NCBI RefSeq assembly: GCF_001194135.2
Contig: NC_068991.1
Span: forward strand, 59,928,402 to 59,992,401
DNA length: 64,000 bases
DNA from: Octopus bimaculoides
Lineage: Eukaryota
Direction: 5' to 3'
The notes beneath the pieces are model-generated. The model was not told the DNA's origin. It saw only the letters and a program-made list of their open reading frames with translations, and made no database searches. This document shows, in pieces, positions 24,001 to 35,714 of the stretch. The position numbers and the translations under genes were made by a program. The first letter of the stretch is position 1. Each line of letters begins with the position of its first letter.

Positions 24001-27000
24001 ATCAGAAAATAAGTTTCGATAATCAAAGAACAGAAGAGGTGAATAACTGTCAAAGGCAAGATAATATTGCTCATGAACAAGATCTGGCTTATGAGCAACA
24101 AAGAGAAGATAATGTTATTTGTGAACAACAGCAGCAGCAGCAGCAGCAACAACAGCAGCAGCAGCAACATCAGCAACAAGAGGATCATCATGTACATAAT
24201 GAAGAGTTCATTTTAGAACAACATGATCAAGAATTGTCTCATGAACACCAGCAACAAGATGAATTGACTCATAAACCAGAACTAGTATTAGAACATCAGA
24301 GATCTGAAGATTTGGCTCAAGAACACCTTCGGCAAAAGGAATTGGCTCATGAACAAGAATTAGATTTAGAGAATCAGAGGCAAGAGACTGCAAATAGAGA
24401 CCATAAGTTATCTTTAGCACATTCTAGAACTGAAGAATTTTCTTGTGATCAAGAGATTGCTTTGGAACATCAAAGACGAGATAAATTGTCTCATGAACAT
24501 TTACAAAGGGATGGTTTAATTTGTCAGCAAGATTTAACTCTTGAACAGCAAGTACAACAAGAAAAATTTGTGCAAGTAGAAGAAACGATCAGAGAACAAG
24601 ATCTTGCTAAGAGGACCCAAGATTTTCAAACTAGATGTGAAACTCTTCAGCAAGATGTTGTACATGAGAGTCATACGGCAGAAATTGCTAGGGACAGGCC
24701 ACTCCATACTGATTCGATAATTCACCGACACACCAATATTACTAGTGACTCTTGCTCGAGTGAAGTAGTGTCTGACAATCCACATATGACAAATGTAACA
24801 TGTCCAAGGGATGCACACTCTCAAGAACTACATGAAATAGACCATGGCCATGAGTTGCATGACATGTTACATGAACCACATGGAATGCTACATGAACGAG
24901 GGCACAAAATGGTCCATGTGCGTCAACGTGAGATGGTCCGTGTTCGAGAAATGGTTCGTGTGCGTGAGTACGAGATGGTACGTGAACGAGATCATGAAAT
25001 AGTGCGTAAACACGAACTTGAACCAGATGTAACCAGTGAATTAGTTGCCAAACATGATCCCTCACAAGATATTAAGTTGTCTCACGAACACAAACTTGTT
25101 CCACCTGAACATTCAAGTGACCATCCATCTCTTTCTCTTGATCATCATAGTGATCTTACCCAGCCAAATACAGAACCAATTACTGCTCAAGTATCTGAGC
25201 AAGGAATTCTTCATCGTTCAGAATCTAATGCTAACTTAAGATTGTCATCACCTCATGTTTCTAGTGCTCAAGACATTTCTCTTGATGAAGCTAACAGATC
25301 AGGAGAGGCAGATAAACTAAAGTCTTCACATTCAGATCACAATAGCATTTTGAACAGTACAGCACGCCATCATCCTTTTGAGCATGAATCTTCTGTTACA
25401 AGATATGAATCTGAAATGGCACATTTAGGCTTTAATCCCATTCAAACTAGACGACACATGGAGGCAAGCATGTCTATGGAGCGCAGTGAGCCCTCTGTTC
25501 TTCAATCTGTCCATCATAGAAAGGATAGTATGAGCTTGACAACTCCAGATATGTCCAGTTTGCGATCCACAAACATGCTCTCTGATAAATCCCTTCCTTC
25601 ATCCCATCTACCTATTCATCAACTAGGGTTTGTTCCTCCACATCCAAGTACTCCAGTTGATGAGAGAGACTACCTGGGACAATACTTACAAGATTTTGAT
25701 AAAGACACAACTGAAATTGCTGCTCGTGAACCTGTAGTACGATCTGAAGTTGTCCCACCAATTACTCCTAGCTTCACAGAACCTACAGCAAACTTGGACA
25801 ATCGAGCTATGATCAGCATTTCCAATGATGCACTTAGGCCCTGCTTTTCTGATATGGCATTTAAGCGTTTGGATTTGAGCCATCCACCAGAACGGACTAG
25901 CTTAGATAGTTTTCATCAACAGGAAACAGCTCTACAAAGGTTATCTAATTTTGCCTCTGAAGGTTTGTCACCAGTAGACAAATCATATGAAACACCAAGG
26001 CCTAGTAGTTTCATGCGTCAGAATGATGCATTTTTGTCTTGTCCAGCCCCAACAAGCAGTTTTGTACGCTTCTCAGAGAGTGAAGCATCATTACAGAGAC
26101 AAAGGACTTCATCTTTATTTCAGCATGCCAGCACACGCCATCATAAGCTACCTGACACTCCTTTACCTCGCCCCAGCAATCCCACCCTTTTACGAGGACA
26201 CTCTGGAATTACTGGAGAAGACTTTTTATCACATGCTGGGGCTGTTGCTCAGAGTGTTCCCAGAAGTCCTTTCCACAATTCTTGGTCAGGACAAGAGCTT
26301 CAGTCACACTGGAATCAGCCTACTTACATTCAGCCTCCAGTAGACCGACAACCAAATACTGGTACTTCAAGTCTATTGGGAAAAGATTCTTATCTTGCCA
26401 GCCGTGATTTAATGTTTGATTCGTCTTGTCGAGGTATGGCGGATCGACGCATGTTTACAGGATTGTCGTCACCACAGCCTCAGCGGGATCTCACTTGTGA
26501 TGCCTTCCCTATAGAACGTTTTGATTTGGGAAGCTACTTTAATAGTCACGCTTACTCAGGTGCTTCTCCTTTAGAGTATGCTCGATCAAACTGTGGCAGC
26601 ACACAAAAGAACTACGATGATCGATACCGCCAACCAGTCACGATGGCAGATCTCAGGGCTTTGCCACAGTCAAATTCTTCTGATATGTTTGGCAACATGA
26701 ATGTTAATTCTTCATTCAGTTTAGAAAAGTACATGTACTCACATGAAACAGTCTATCATTCACAGCACTTACCTGAAAATACCAACAGTGCATTTCTAAG
26801 CCACAGTAACCCCACACACCAACCTGGGTATTTTAATCGAGACTATTCCCGACGAGCTCTCTATTCCCAGGCATCGCCCTATGCACTTATGGATGACAGG
26901 CAGTACTCAGCTGCAGGTAAACTTACCCAGCACCCAGCCCCAATGTCTTCACAAGAAAGAGATTATATCCCACGTTTAGGGAACTCTGAAGAATCTTACA

Positions 27001-27044
27001 GATACAATGTCCTTTATAATGTCATGAATCGGTATTTCGAATGA
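21076..27044 (+). CDS. C2H2 zinc-finger protein, terminal coding exon (2 fingers plus ~1900-aa Thr/Ser/acidic/Gln/His-rich tail)
   Basis: Acceptor ctttttcttctgcag|AT at 21075 is phase-1 compatible with the 14386 donor, giving HEITHT-D-ERNFKCAWPDCGK. The frame stays open to TGA at 27042-27044. Joined CDS is 8877 nt = 2958 aa + stop. The last finger CNLCDFTCRQKSSLHWH resembles ZFP91-family CEICGFTCRQKASLNWH (recalled). Confidence 0.92.
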
Positions 27045-27886
27045 GAGAGAGAGATTTAACAAATATAAAATAATGTATGTAAAGAAGTAAAAGTTGTGTG
27101 AATGAGAGGTATGTATGACAAAAAAAGAAACTATCATGTTTTTTGTTGTTTTTTTTTTTAAATGAAAGTATATCAGAAAGAAAGAAAAAAAAAGAATACC
27201 TCATTATGTTATCATCTTTAATCCTAATCCTCTCTTTAATCTTGTTTCTTATCTCTTCCATGCCATCCATCAATCAAACATTCTTGTTCTGTAGAATATT
27301 TACATATTGCACATACAACTTAGTTTTGAAGTATTTTGAGCATTTAAAAAGAAAGAAAGAAAGAGAAGAAAAACCTATGTATTCTTAAAAGAAAAGAAGA
27401 AATTTTTTTAAACAGACTCCCTAAAAACCAAATAAATTGGTGGGCGGGTGGGGGATAAACTTAAAAGTCTGTAAAGTATTAATTTATGTACATTCTCTTT
27501 AGTTCCACAATGTTGTATGGTTCCCCATCCTTTGATCCTTTTTTTTTTATTAATGTTTTACATCAACATGGTATCACTAAAGGAAACGATAAAAACAAGC
27601 CAGAGGGTGTCTTTTGTTGTCGTTTTTAGCTTCATTCTCCCCTTCCAAACTTCCAAATGACATCTTTTTATTCCCACTTTATCACATAATTCACTTAAAT
27701 TGCTGCTGTTCATAACTATTGCTACTTAGAACAACAACTGAACAACCAAAAAAAAAAAAAATGTGTTTTTTTTTTTTTTTTTCTTTTGTCATCTGGCTTG
27801 AATTTAATATTGAAATGATGTTGAAGTTTGAATGGGGTGGGGGAGGCAGTGGGCAGACATGCTGTAGAGTTGTGAATATGAGTGTG

Positions 27887-27933
<47 letters not shown>

Positions 27934-28452
27934 AGTGGGTGGAGAGATAGAGAGAAAGCTTAAAGAGTGAGAACAATTTGTTGGAAAAAGAGATGGACAA
28001 ATGATAATAGAAAGTGTGAAAATTAAAGAGAAAGAGACATGACAGAATGAGAGAGAAAGAGAGAGATGGAAATGGAAGGAAATGTGTGAGAGTATATATA
28101 TATATAATATATGTGAGAAAATCTGAATAAGTGTGTGTGTGTGAAAGGTAAAAGAGAAACAGAAACTATGTAGAGAGGAAAAGAAAATGATAGTGTTTGT
28201 GTGTGAGTGTGGTGAGAAAGATAAAAAGATCTATGTTAAATCAGACATTGAGTTATGTTTATGTATGAAAATGAAAAGAGCGAAAGCACATCCATGTATA
28301 TATATATATATTATATGTTGTAAGAAAGTGAAAATAAAGAGTGAGAGAGAGAGAGTACGTGTGTATGTGTGTGTTCATGAGAGAAAGGAACGGTTACTGC
28401 TCTGTATGGTTTATTACACAACAAATGTTAGTATGAAGTTAGTTAAATTAGA

Positions 28453-28462
28453 AATAAATAAA
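28453..28462 (+). terminator. Candidate poly(A) signal for the zinc-finger gene
   Basis: Overlapping AATAAA hexamers followed by a T/GT-rich stretch. A more proximal AATAAA lies at 27431-27436. Confidence 0.35.
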
Positions 28463-31400
28463 ATTGATTAATGATTAGTTCAGTTTTTAATGTGTTTTCT
28501 ATTTCAGTTATATATCTCTCTATATAGTTAAACCCAGCCCTGTGTGTATATCAGAATTGAACATATTAACATCTCATGTCAGGCAAACACTTGTATAAAC
28601 ACAATGTTCTTATATGTCCTTAAACACACACACAACTCTCCCAGCCCTACATAACTTATATATCTTACACATATATCTAATGCATGCACAGAAGACATGC
28701 ACTCTGATTTACATTACACACACACACATGCATAAACACATTTGTATATACAACATCTATACAATACCTCTATCCTTGTTTATCACCGATTTATTCATCA
28801 CTGATCCAGTATAATATGGTGTGCTATTTGTGAACTATGTTATAGTTATCACAAATTGATCTGAGATGAGACAGGTCAGTGATCAGTCAAAGATTCTGCA
28901 TGGATTGCAAAGGCATGCTCCAGTGACCATCCACAATGCTCAGGACAACTTGGGGAGTCACAGAACAAATGTGACTGCCGTTATGTGTTATATTGTTCAT
29001 TTTTTAACCAAACACCCATAATAAACAAGGATAGATGTATACATATTGCACAGGCACTCTGTCACTTATGACAATGAGGGTTCCAGTTGATCTGATCAAA
29101 GGAGCAGCTTGCTCATAAAATTAGTGGTTGAACACTACAGACACACATACACTTAATGTAGTTCTCAGGGAGATTCAGTGTGATACACAATGTTAAAAGG
29201 CTGGCCTTTTGAAATATAGGTACAACTCATTTTTGTCAGCTGAGAGAACTGGAATAATGTGATATAAAGTGCCTTGCTTGAGGACACAACATGCCACCAG
29301 AAATCGGAACTCACAACTTTATGATCATAAGCCAAATACCCAAACCACTTAGCCATGTGCCTTCACCGTTACACAAGAGATATACAAACATACACACATG
29401 CATATAATCAAAGAAAGCTGGTGTAAAATATAACAATATACATAATATCAATAGTCTTAACCACGGAGCACATATCTAGTACACACACACACACAATGCA
29501 TACCTCAGTATGCTAGAAATAACAACCAAACCATTCTTAAATCATACACTAATCTTTAAAAGTAGAGATACATTGGATGACCAAAACCGACCTGGAGCTA
29601 AGCAACCTATATTGTTACACCTGCAGTACGTAGCACACACACAACCAGTGAGTCATTGTTTATCAAAATGTCATGGTGTATGAGATATAGAGCTCTATAA
29701 TTAAGTTGATATGAAGGGATCAAAGCAATGTCTTTTATTTTCTGTGATTAATGCCATCAAGAAGCAACAGCCTGGTGAGTAAGGCATTGCTTACTTTTTG
29801 AATGAAGAGTTTTAAGTTCATACCTCACTATTGGAATTATTTTACTTGACAGAAAGCAAATCAAGGTAAGGAACAATGATCAAGTTAAATAACTGGGAAC
29901 TGATGAAGAATTTTGGAGTTTAGGATTCTCTGCACACTTGAGAACAAAATGAAATGTTACCTGTTTATTTTGAATTTTTGTTTTCATATTACAGAAATTA
30001 TTTTCAGATATGACACATTTTGGCGCTGTCTCTTTGGTTTTGTTGATACAATATTGATCAGATGTTTCTCCTATTGTCTCTCCCTGATCGTGTGAGGCTA
30101 TTTCTCCATGTGTGAGATGAGGGGAAACTATTTATGTCAATCATGTTCAATTAACTAATTGTAATGTCCCCACCTTTCTCACTTTTCTATCTGTATATGT
30201 CTGCATGTATGCATGTGTTTGCCTTCAGTGCCAAAATGAATTGTCGCCAAAACAGATTAAATGTTCAGTCAACCGTGCCAAATTGTCAATATCTGATCAA
30301 TCATGCCCAGTTACCTCATTGCTCAAGTACACAATGCATTACCCACTTCGGGAATCGAAACCACTCTTACAATCACGAGTCTAACACCCTAACCACTTAG
30401 CCATGCACCTCCACACTTAGTAGGCAAAAATAAGTAATCCTGCGATGGATTGACATCCTATCCAAGTGGGGAATATACTTGCCATGTATCATTCAGGAAG
30501 GATCTTTATCCTAATCATCTCATTCCTCTTACTTCCTACTTAAGTTTTCAGATTTCCAGGAGCATAACAGAATATCTATATGGTAGAGATCTGCTGTAAT
30601 TTGTTCTTCATAAAGTTGTTTTATTTTGTGCATTTTGTGAATCCTAATGTCATTAGTCATGGCTTTCCTAGGGACTAAATACTAATTACTTGCATTTATA
30701 ATGTTAAGAATGTTTTTTTTTTTCCTTTTCTGTTATAGTATTCAGTTTTAATTACTATAACAAAGTAAAATACTTCATTGCCATCTCTAGTTGGAAATGA
30801 ATAGTTTAGATTGGCTTCACCTTGTTTCATGCTCCAATCGCAAGTGCAGATCTCTGGAAGAAGTATTACATGGTGGTTTTATGTTTGGAAGTAGTTGTTT
30901 ATTGGGATTCTTGTTCTGCTTATATCTTTTAAGGTATACATGCACAAACGCACACATCATCATCATCATCATTTAACATCTTTTTTTCCATGCTGGCATG
31001 GGTTGGACTGTTTTTTGACAAGGTTCTGGCAAGCCAGAGGACTGAACCACGCTCCAGTTGTCTGTTTTGGCATGATGTCTATGACTGGATGCCCTTCCTA
31101 ATAATGCCAACCACTTTAAAGAGTGTACTGGGTGCTTTGTACGTGGCATCAGCACACACAAGAAAGACAAAAACATCACCAGTGGACATGCGGCAGAAGT
31201 CTGCTCAAAATGTGAAGACCGGTGGATTGCTGCTAAGCATTTTGCTGGCATGCTAATGGTTCTCCCAGCTTGCCACCTTAAATTTATCTTCACTTTTAAT
31301 ATTAGTCAAACATATGGTGGTGAATTGGCGGAATTGTTACTGCACCAGAAAAAAATGCTTAATGACATTTCTTCTGAGTTCACATGCTGCTGGGGTCGAC

Positions 31401-32262
31401 TTTGCCTTTCATCCTTTTAAAGTTGATAAAATAAGTATCAGTTAAGTACTGGGTGGGTGGGGGGTTCGATGTAATTGGCTTACCCACTCACCCAAAATTG
31501 CTGGTCTTGTGCAAAAATTTGAAATAAAATTGTCTTTTCCACTCTAGGCACAAGGCCCGAAATTTTGGGGGAGGGGCCCAGTCGATTAGATCGACCCAGT
31601 ACGCAACTGGTACTTAATTTATCGATCTCAAAAAGGATGGAAGGCAAAGTCGACCTCGGCGGAATTTGAACTGAGAATGTAAAGACAGACGAAATAAAAC
31701 AGCCAATTGGTTCCGCTGAGGTCGACTTTGCTTTTCATCCTCTCGGTCAACGAAATATGCAGCAGTTGAACACAATTGTTGATGTAATAGACTTACTCTC
31801 TCTAAATTGTTGGCCTTGTACTAAAATTGAAGCCAATATTAATCAATTAATTAAATGCTAAATAATTAACTAATCGTTCGGTCAATCAACTTAATTAGCT
31901 AGATTTGTCAAATTTATTTGTGACTACAATAACGTGTCCTCTTCATAGGTGAGGAGATTTGCTTTTCATAGCAGCGTGACAGCTCAATTATCTAAACGAA
32001 TCTAGCAAGGGAGACAATTCAAGGCAACGAGACATTAGACCAAGGGGAGAAACTTCGCATGGTTCAGGAAAGAAAATTCAAACAGCTGTTAGTATACAGA
32101 AAGCGATGTGTATTATTCGAATTTGTTGTTCAAATAAATGCCACGGGACCTGTGTGTAATTATTTTTCTATGCTCGTTTTCATTTCATTTATGAAAATTA
32201 TTTCGTGTTTTTTTAGAGGGACATCTAAGTGTATTTTCGTTAAAAAGATTGTCAACAAAAAT

Positions 32263-32399
32263 TTGCAATGTGGAAGGTGTTTATAAGCCATTTAAAAACA
32301 CAAAATTCACTTCAACATTTAAATTTAATTTGTCAAAATATTTTCTAACGTTTTTTTTTTGTGTTTTTAAACGGCTTGTAAACACCTTCCACGCTGCAA
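32263..32399. repeat. 43-bp-arm inverted repeat, 51-nt AT-rich spacer
   Basis: 32263-32305 versus the reverse complement of 32357-32399. Four mismatches, all transitions. Confidence 0.9.
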
Positions 32400-33461
32400 T
32401 TGTTTTTGTTTCAGCACACGATCTCAGATCAGGTCACTTGCTATGCAAGTACATCTCAGTAACAACAAAATTTTTATTTAGCAAAAATATTTTTACAGAA
32501 AGAAAAGAAAGAAAAAAATTTGAAATATAAAAGATTAAATTATCGAGAGAAAAAAAAAAAGCTTAGAATTACTTCAACAAGGAAACACAGAAAAAGAAAA
32601 GTAATGCACACTCCAGTCTGAATGGTGTGCTTAGCTGTGCCTGCAACACTTGCTGTAACAGCTAACCCCACCTCGCAGGGTTCATTTCTCAGTTTTAAAA
32701 AAACCTGGTGCAGCCCTGCTGGCTTTCCAGTTTCCAGCCAAACAGTCCATCTCATGCCAGCATGGTAAGTGGAGATTAAACGATGATGATAGAGTGCAGC
32801 AACAAAATTTTGTATAAATTATTGTAAACAAGATTTGTTTTATCAATATAATCACACACGTTTTTTTGTTGTTTTACTTACCATTTGAAAGGCTTTTCCA
32901 TAGTTACATTTTCATGAACAATCTTAGGGGAGTGCCACCTTGTTAGGTTCAGTTGATCAAATCAACCCCAGTATGTTTTTTAAAAAGTCTGGTACTTATT
33001 CTGTAGAGCTAAGTAATAGGGTTGTAAACAAACCAACACTGGTTGTCAAATGGTGGTAGGGGAACAAACATAAACAGAGAGACACACACACAGGACAGGC
33101 TTCCACACAGTTTCCATTTACCAAAGTCACTCACAAGGCACTGGTTGGTCTGAGCTAATGGGGAAGATTCTTGACCAAGGTGCCATGCAGTGGGACAGAA
33201 CTCAAAACTACATGGTTACTAAGTGAGCTTCTTAACCACACAGCCATGCCTGCACCTGAAGATTGATTCTTCAGAAAAGCTCTAAATTTTGCCCATAGTT
33301 AGCAGGAACACAAGTATTGACGATAAAGTGTAAAAAAAAAAAAAAAAAAAAAGCGAACTATCTTGATAAGAATGATTAATTTACTTTCTCCATGACTAAA
33401 GGTTAACAAAGATCAATAAAATTTGGATGTGTAAAGAATTTGGTGATGTGACAACCTACAA

Positions 33462-33612
33462 TCATTTGGTAAAAGCTCGGTCTTTAAACAGATGACGGAT
33501 TTTTCTCTGAGGAATATGCCGAAAGGCTTCAGTCCAGCTACTACCCTTCTTTACTTCCAGAAGGATATCAACTACCTGGTTCAGAGTCAGAGATTTGTTG
33601 CCACATCCCCAC
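33462..33612 (-). CDS. TRMT10C: TRMT10C terminal coding exon
   Basis: Acceptor ttttctattccag|G, phase 2. Translation (R)WGCGNKSLTLNQVVDILLEVKKGSSWTEAFRHIPQRKIRHLFKDRAFTK* carries the TRM10 SLTLNQV...W.EA...IP.RK motif. Total CDS is 1149 nt = 382 aa. This exon is absent from the ORF track. Confidence 0.93.
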
Positions 33613-34730
33613 CTGGAATAGAAAAAAAGTGACAAATATTATTTGTGTGTGTGTGTGTGTGTATGTATGAATTTTTTAATTTTTACTTGTTTCAGTCATT
33701 GCACTGCAGCCATGCTGGAGTACCACTTTAAGTGGTTTTCGTTTAAATAGATCAATGCCAGTACTTATTCTCAACTCTGGTACTTACTAAATCAGACTCT
33801 TTTGCCAAACTGCTTAAGTTATGAGGTCGTAAAGAAATCAACGCCAGTTGTCAAGCAGTGGGAGGTGTGTGTGATAGGATGACCCCCCCCCCCCNNNNNN
33901 NNNNNNNNNNNCACACAGAGACAGCTATATATATATATATGTATATGATGAGCTCACATCAATTCAGTTGTAAATGAGTTACAGCAATGGCTGGGAAGTT
34001 AACCCTGTGATGAACTAGCTTCCTATCCAGGTGGAATGTTGTAACCTCAGTTACTTATATGCCATGAAGACCAGGTTAAACTCCAACCTAACAAGTTTTA
34101 GAGGTCATGACAGACCAACTATATTACATGATAGTGATGATGAATGAATGTGGTTTAAAATCCAGTCAAAGAGTTTAAAATATAATCTTGCCCCAACCTG
34201 TATGGATTTTTTGGGTTGTAATGTTAAAAAACCTCTCATTCTTTGCAAAATCACAAGAACTGATTGAGTCTCATTCTTAGCCCCAGTTTCTAAATTTTTA
34301 TGACAACTGGAGAAAAATCCCTTTGAATGCAAGAAATGAAAGAGGACCAAGATATGTGGTACATAGCTGTACTTGAGAAGACTCACCCACTACAACAGAA
34401 TTGAGATCCTAAAACCAAGATGCCAGGTAAAAAGCATTGGTGTTGGTGCCACATAAAAAGCAACCTGTACACTCTGTAAAGTGGTTGGCATTAGAAACCA
34501 AGTCAAAACAGACTATAGAACCTGATGTGGCCTTGCCAGTTCCTTTCAAGTTCTCCAGCCCATGCAAGCATTAGAAATGATGATGAATAAGGTACAGGAA
34601 ATGTAATGAGTAAATAACAAGTGACTGTGTAATGTGTGATTGCAGTGTATGTGTATGCAATGTGGGAGTGTAATGTATGCGTATGTAATGTGGGATTATG
34701 ATGTATGAGCATGAAACATGGAGTGTAATA

Positions 34731-34916
34731 TATGGATGGTCAAATTGATAATAATACATTTACTATGGTGACAAAAAACTGATATCAGATTTACTAGGGA
34801 TGATCAAACTTATAATAATACATTTATTATGGACGGTCAAAACTGATATTAGATTTACTATGGATGGTCAAATTGGTACATTTAGTATTGTTGGTCAAAT
34901 TGACGCAAGATTTAAG
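34731..34916. repeat. Minisatellite with alternating 33/31-bp units (64-bp higher-order dimer)
   Basis: Units start at 34731, 34764, 34795, 34828, 34859 and 34886. Each begins tatggatggtcaaa-like; endings alternate between ataatacattta and gatat(c/t)agattta. Confidence 0.8.
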
Positions 34917-35019
34917 CATAGCTGGTTAACCTGCTGCTACTACACCAGCATCATGGTTAGTTAGACTAATGCTTACCATTACAGTTAGTTAAATGATGAT
35001 GACAGAACAAAACACTCAC

Positions 35020-35714
35020 CTGACATAGTTATCAAGGGGCAGCTTAGCCATTTTTAGCTTCTCTTTTTTGGCTTTTGCCATTGTTAATGGTTTTGAAACA
35101 ATTTTATCTACTAGTCCGCCAACAATGTAGATGGCGTCATGGTCAAAAGACTGCAAGACTGACGGAGCATCAGGCGTTAGATACACCAGTTTCTCCTTTG
35201 GGTAAAGGTTCAGATAGTGTTGGTCACTGTTGGTCATCAGAAAATGCTCCTCTTCATCTTTGTTGACTCTAGTATTGTCCAGGCAATTTTGAAACATGCT
35301 ATTGGATTGGTTGCCGCTTAATACAAAATGGAAAGGATTTGGGTGGACCTTGTTTGATCCATAACCCATAAGAAACTGTTCGCAAAGTCGATGAACATCT
35401 TGCTTTCTCATGTACTTCTCAAAGCTCATATCAATGATAATTGGTTGGCCAAACATCATAGCATGGGCTAACCGTGAGTAATAGAATGAGTTCATGGTAG
35501 ATTTGCGAATAAACAAAAAAATCGTATTTTTTGACTGGCTAGGTTCGTCTTGTTCTTTAATCTGTCTGTTTTCAAGCTTCTGCTGTCTCTTCAATTGTCT
35601 TCCGAGTTTTGCAGCCTCAATTTTTTTTAGGTAACGATAATATCTTTTCCGGGCACTGACTGTTGGGAAAGTAAGCATCTCCAACCAAAGCTCATCAGTC
35701 ATGTTGTCTGGAAT
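35020..35714 (-). CDS. TRMT10C: TRMT10C coding exon 2 (SPOUT methyltransferase domain)
   Basis: Acceptor ttattcaacag|ATT. TRM10 motifs GQPIIIDMSF, LVYLTPDA, IYIVGGLVD and AKLPLDNY. Donor AG|GTGAGT at 35019, phase 2. Confidence 0.95.

Noticed and set aside
29899-29935. CTGATGA followed by a hairpin (similar cases at ~39180 and ~49064)
   Set aside because: GAAA is absent or damaged and stem I cannot form. At most these are very decayed relics.
34105-34386. 93-aa minus-strand ORF as TRMT10C last exon
   Set aside because: It lacks TRM10 motifs; the true terminal exon is 33462-33612.
34731-34916. CRISPR-like array interpretation of the ~32-bp repeats
   Set aside because: Units are contiguous and degenerate with no unique spacers, the context is eukaryotic, and there are no cas genes.
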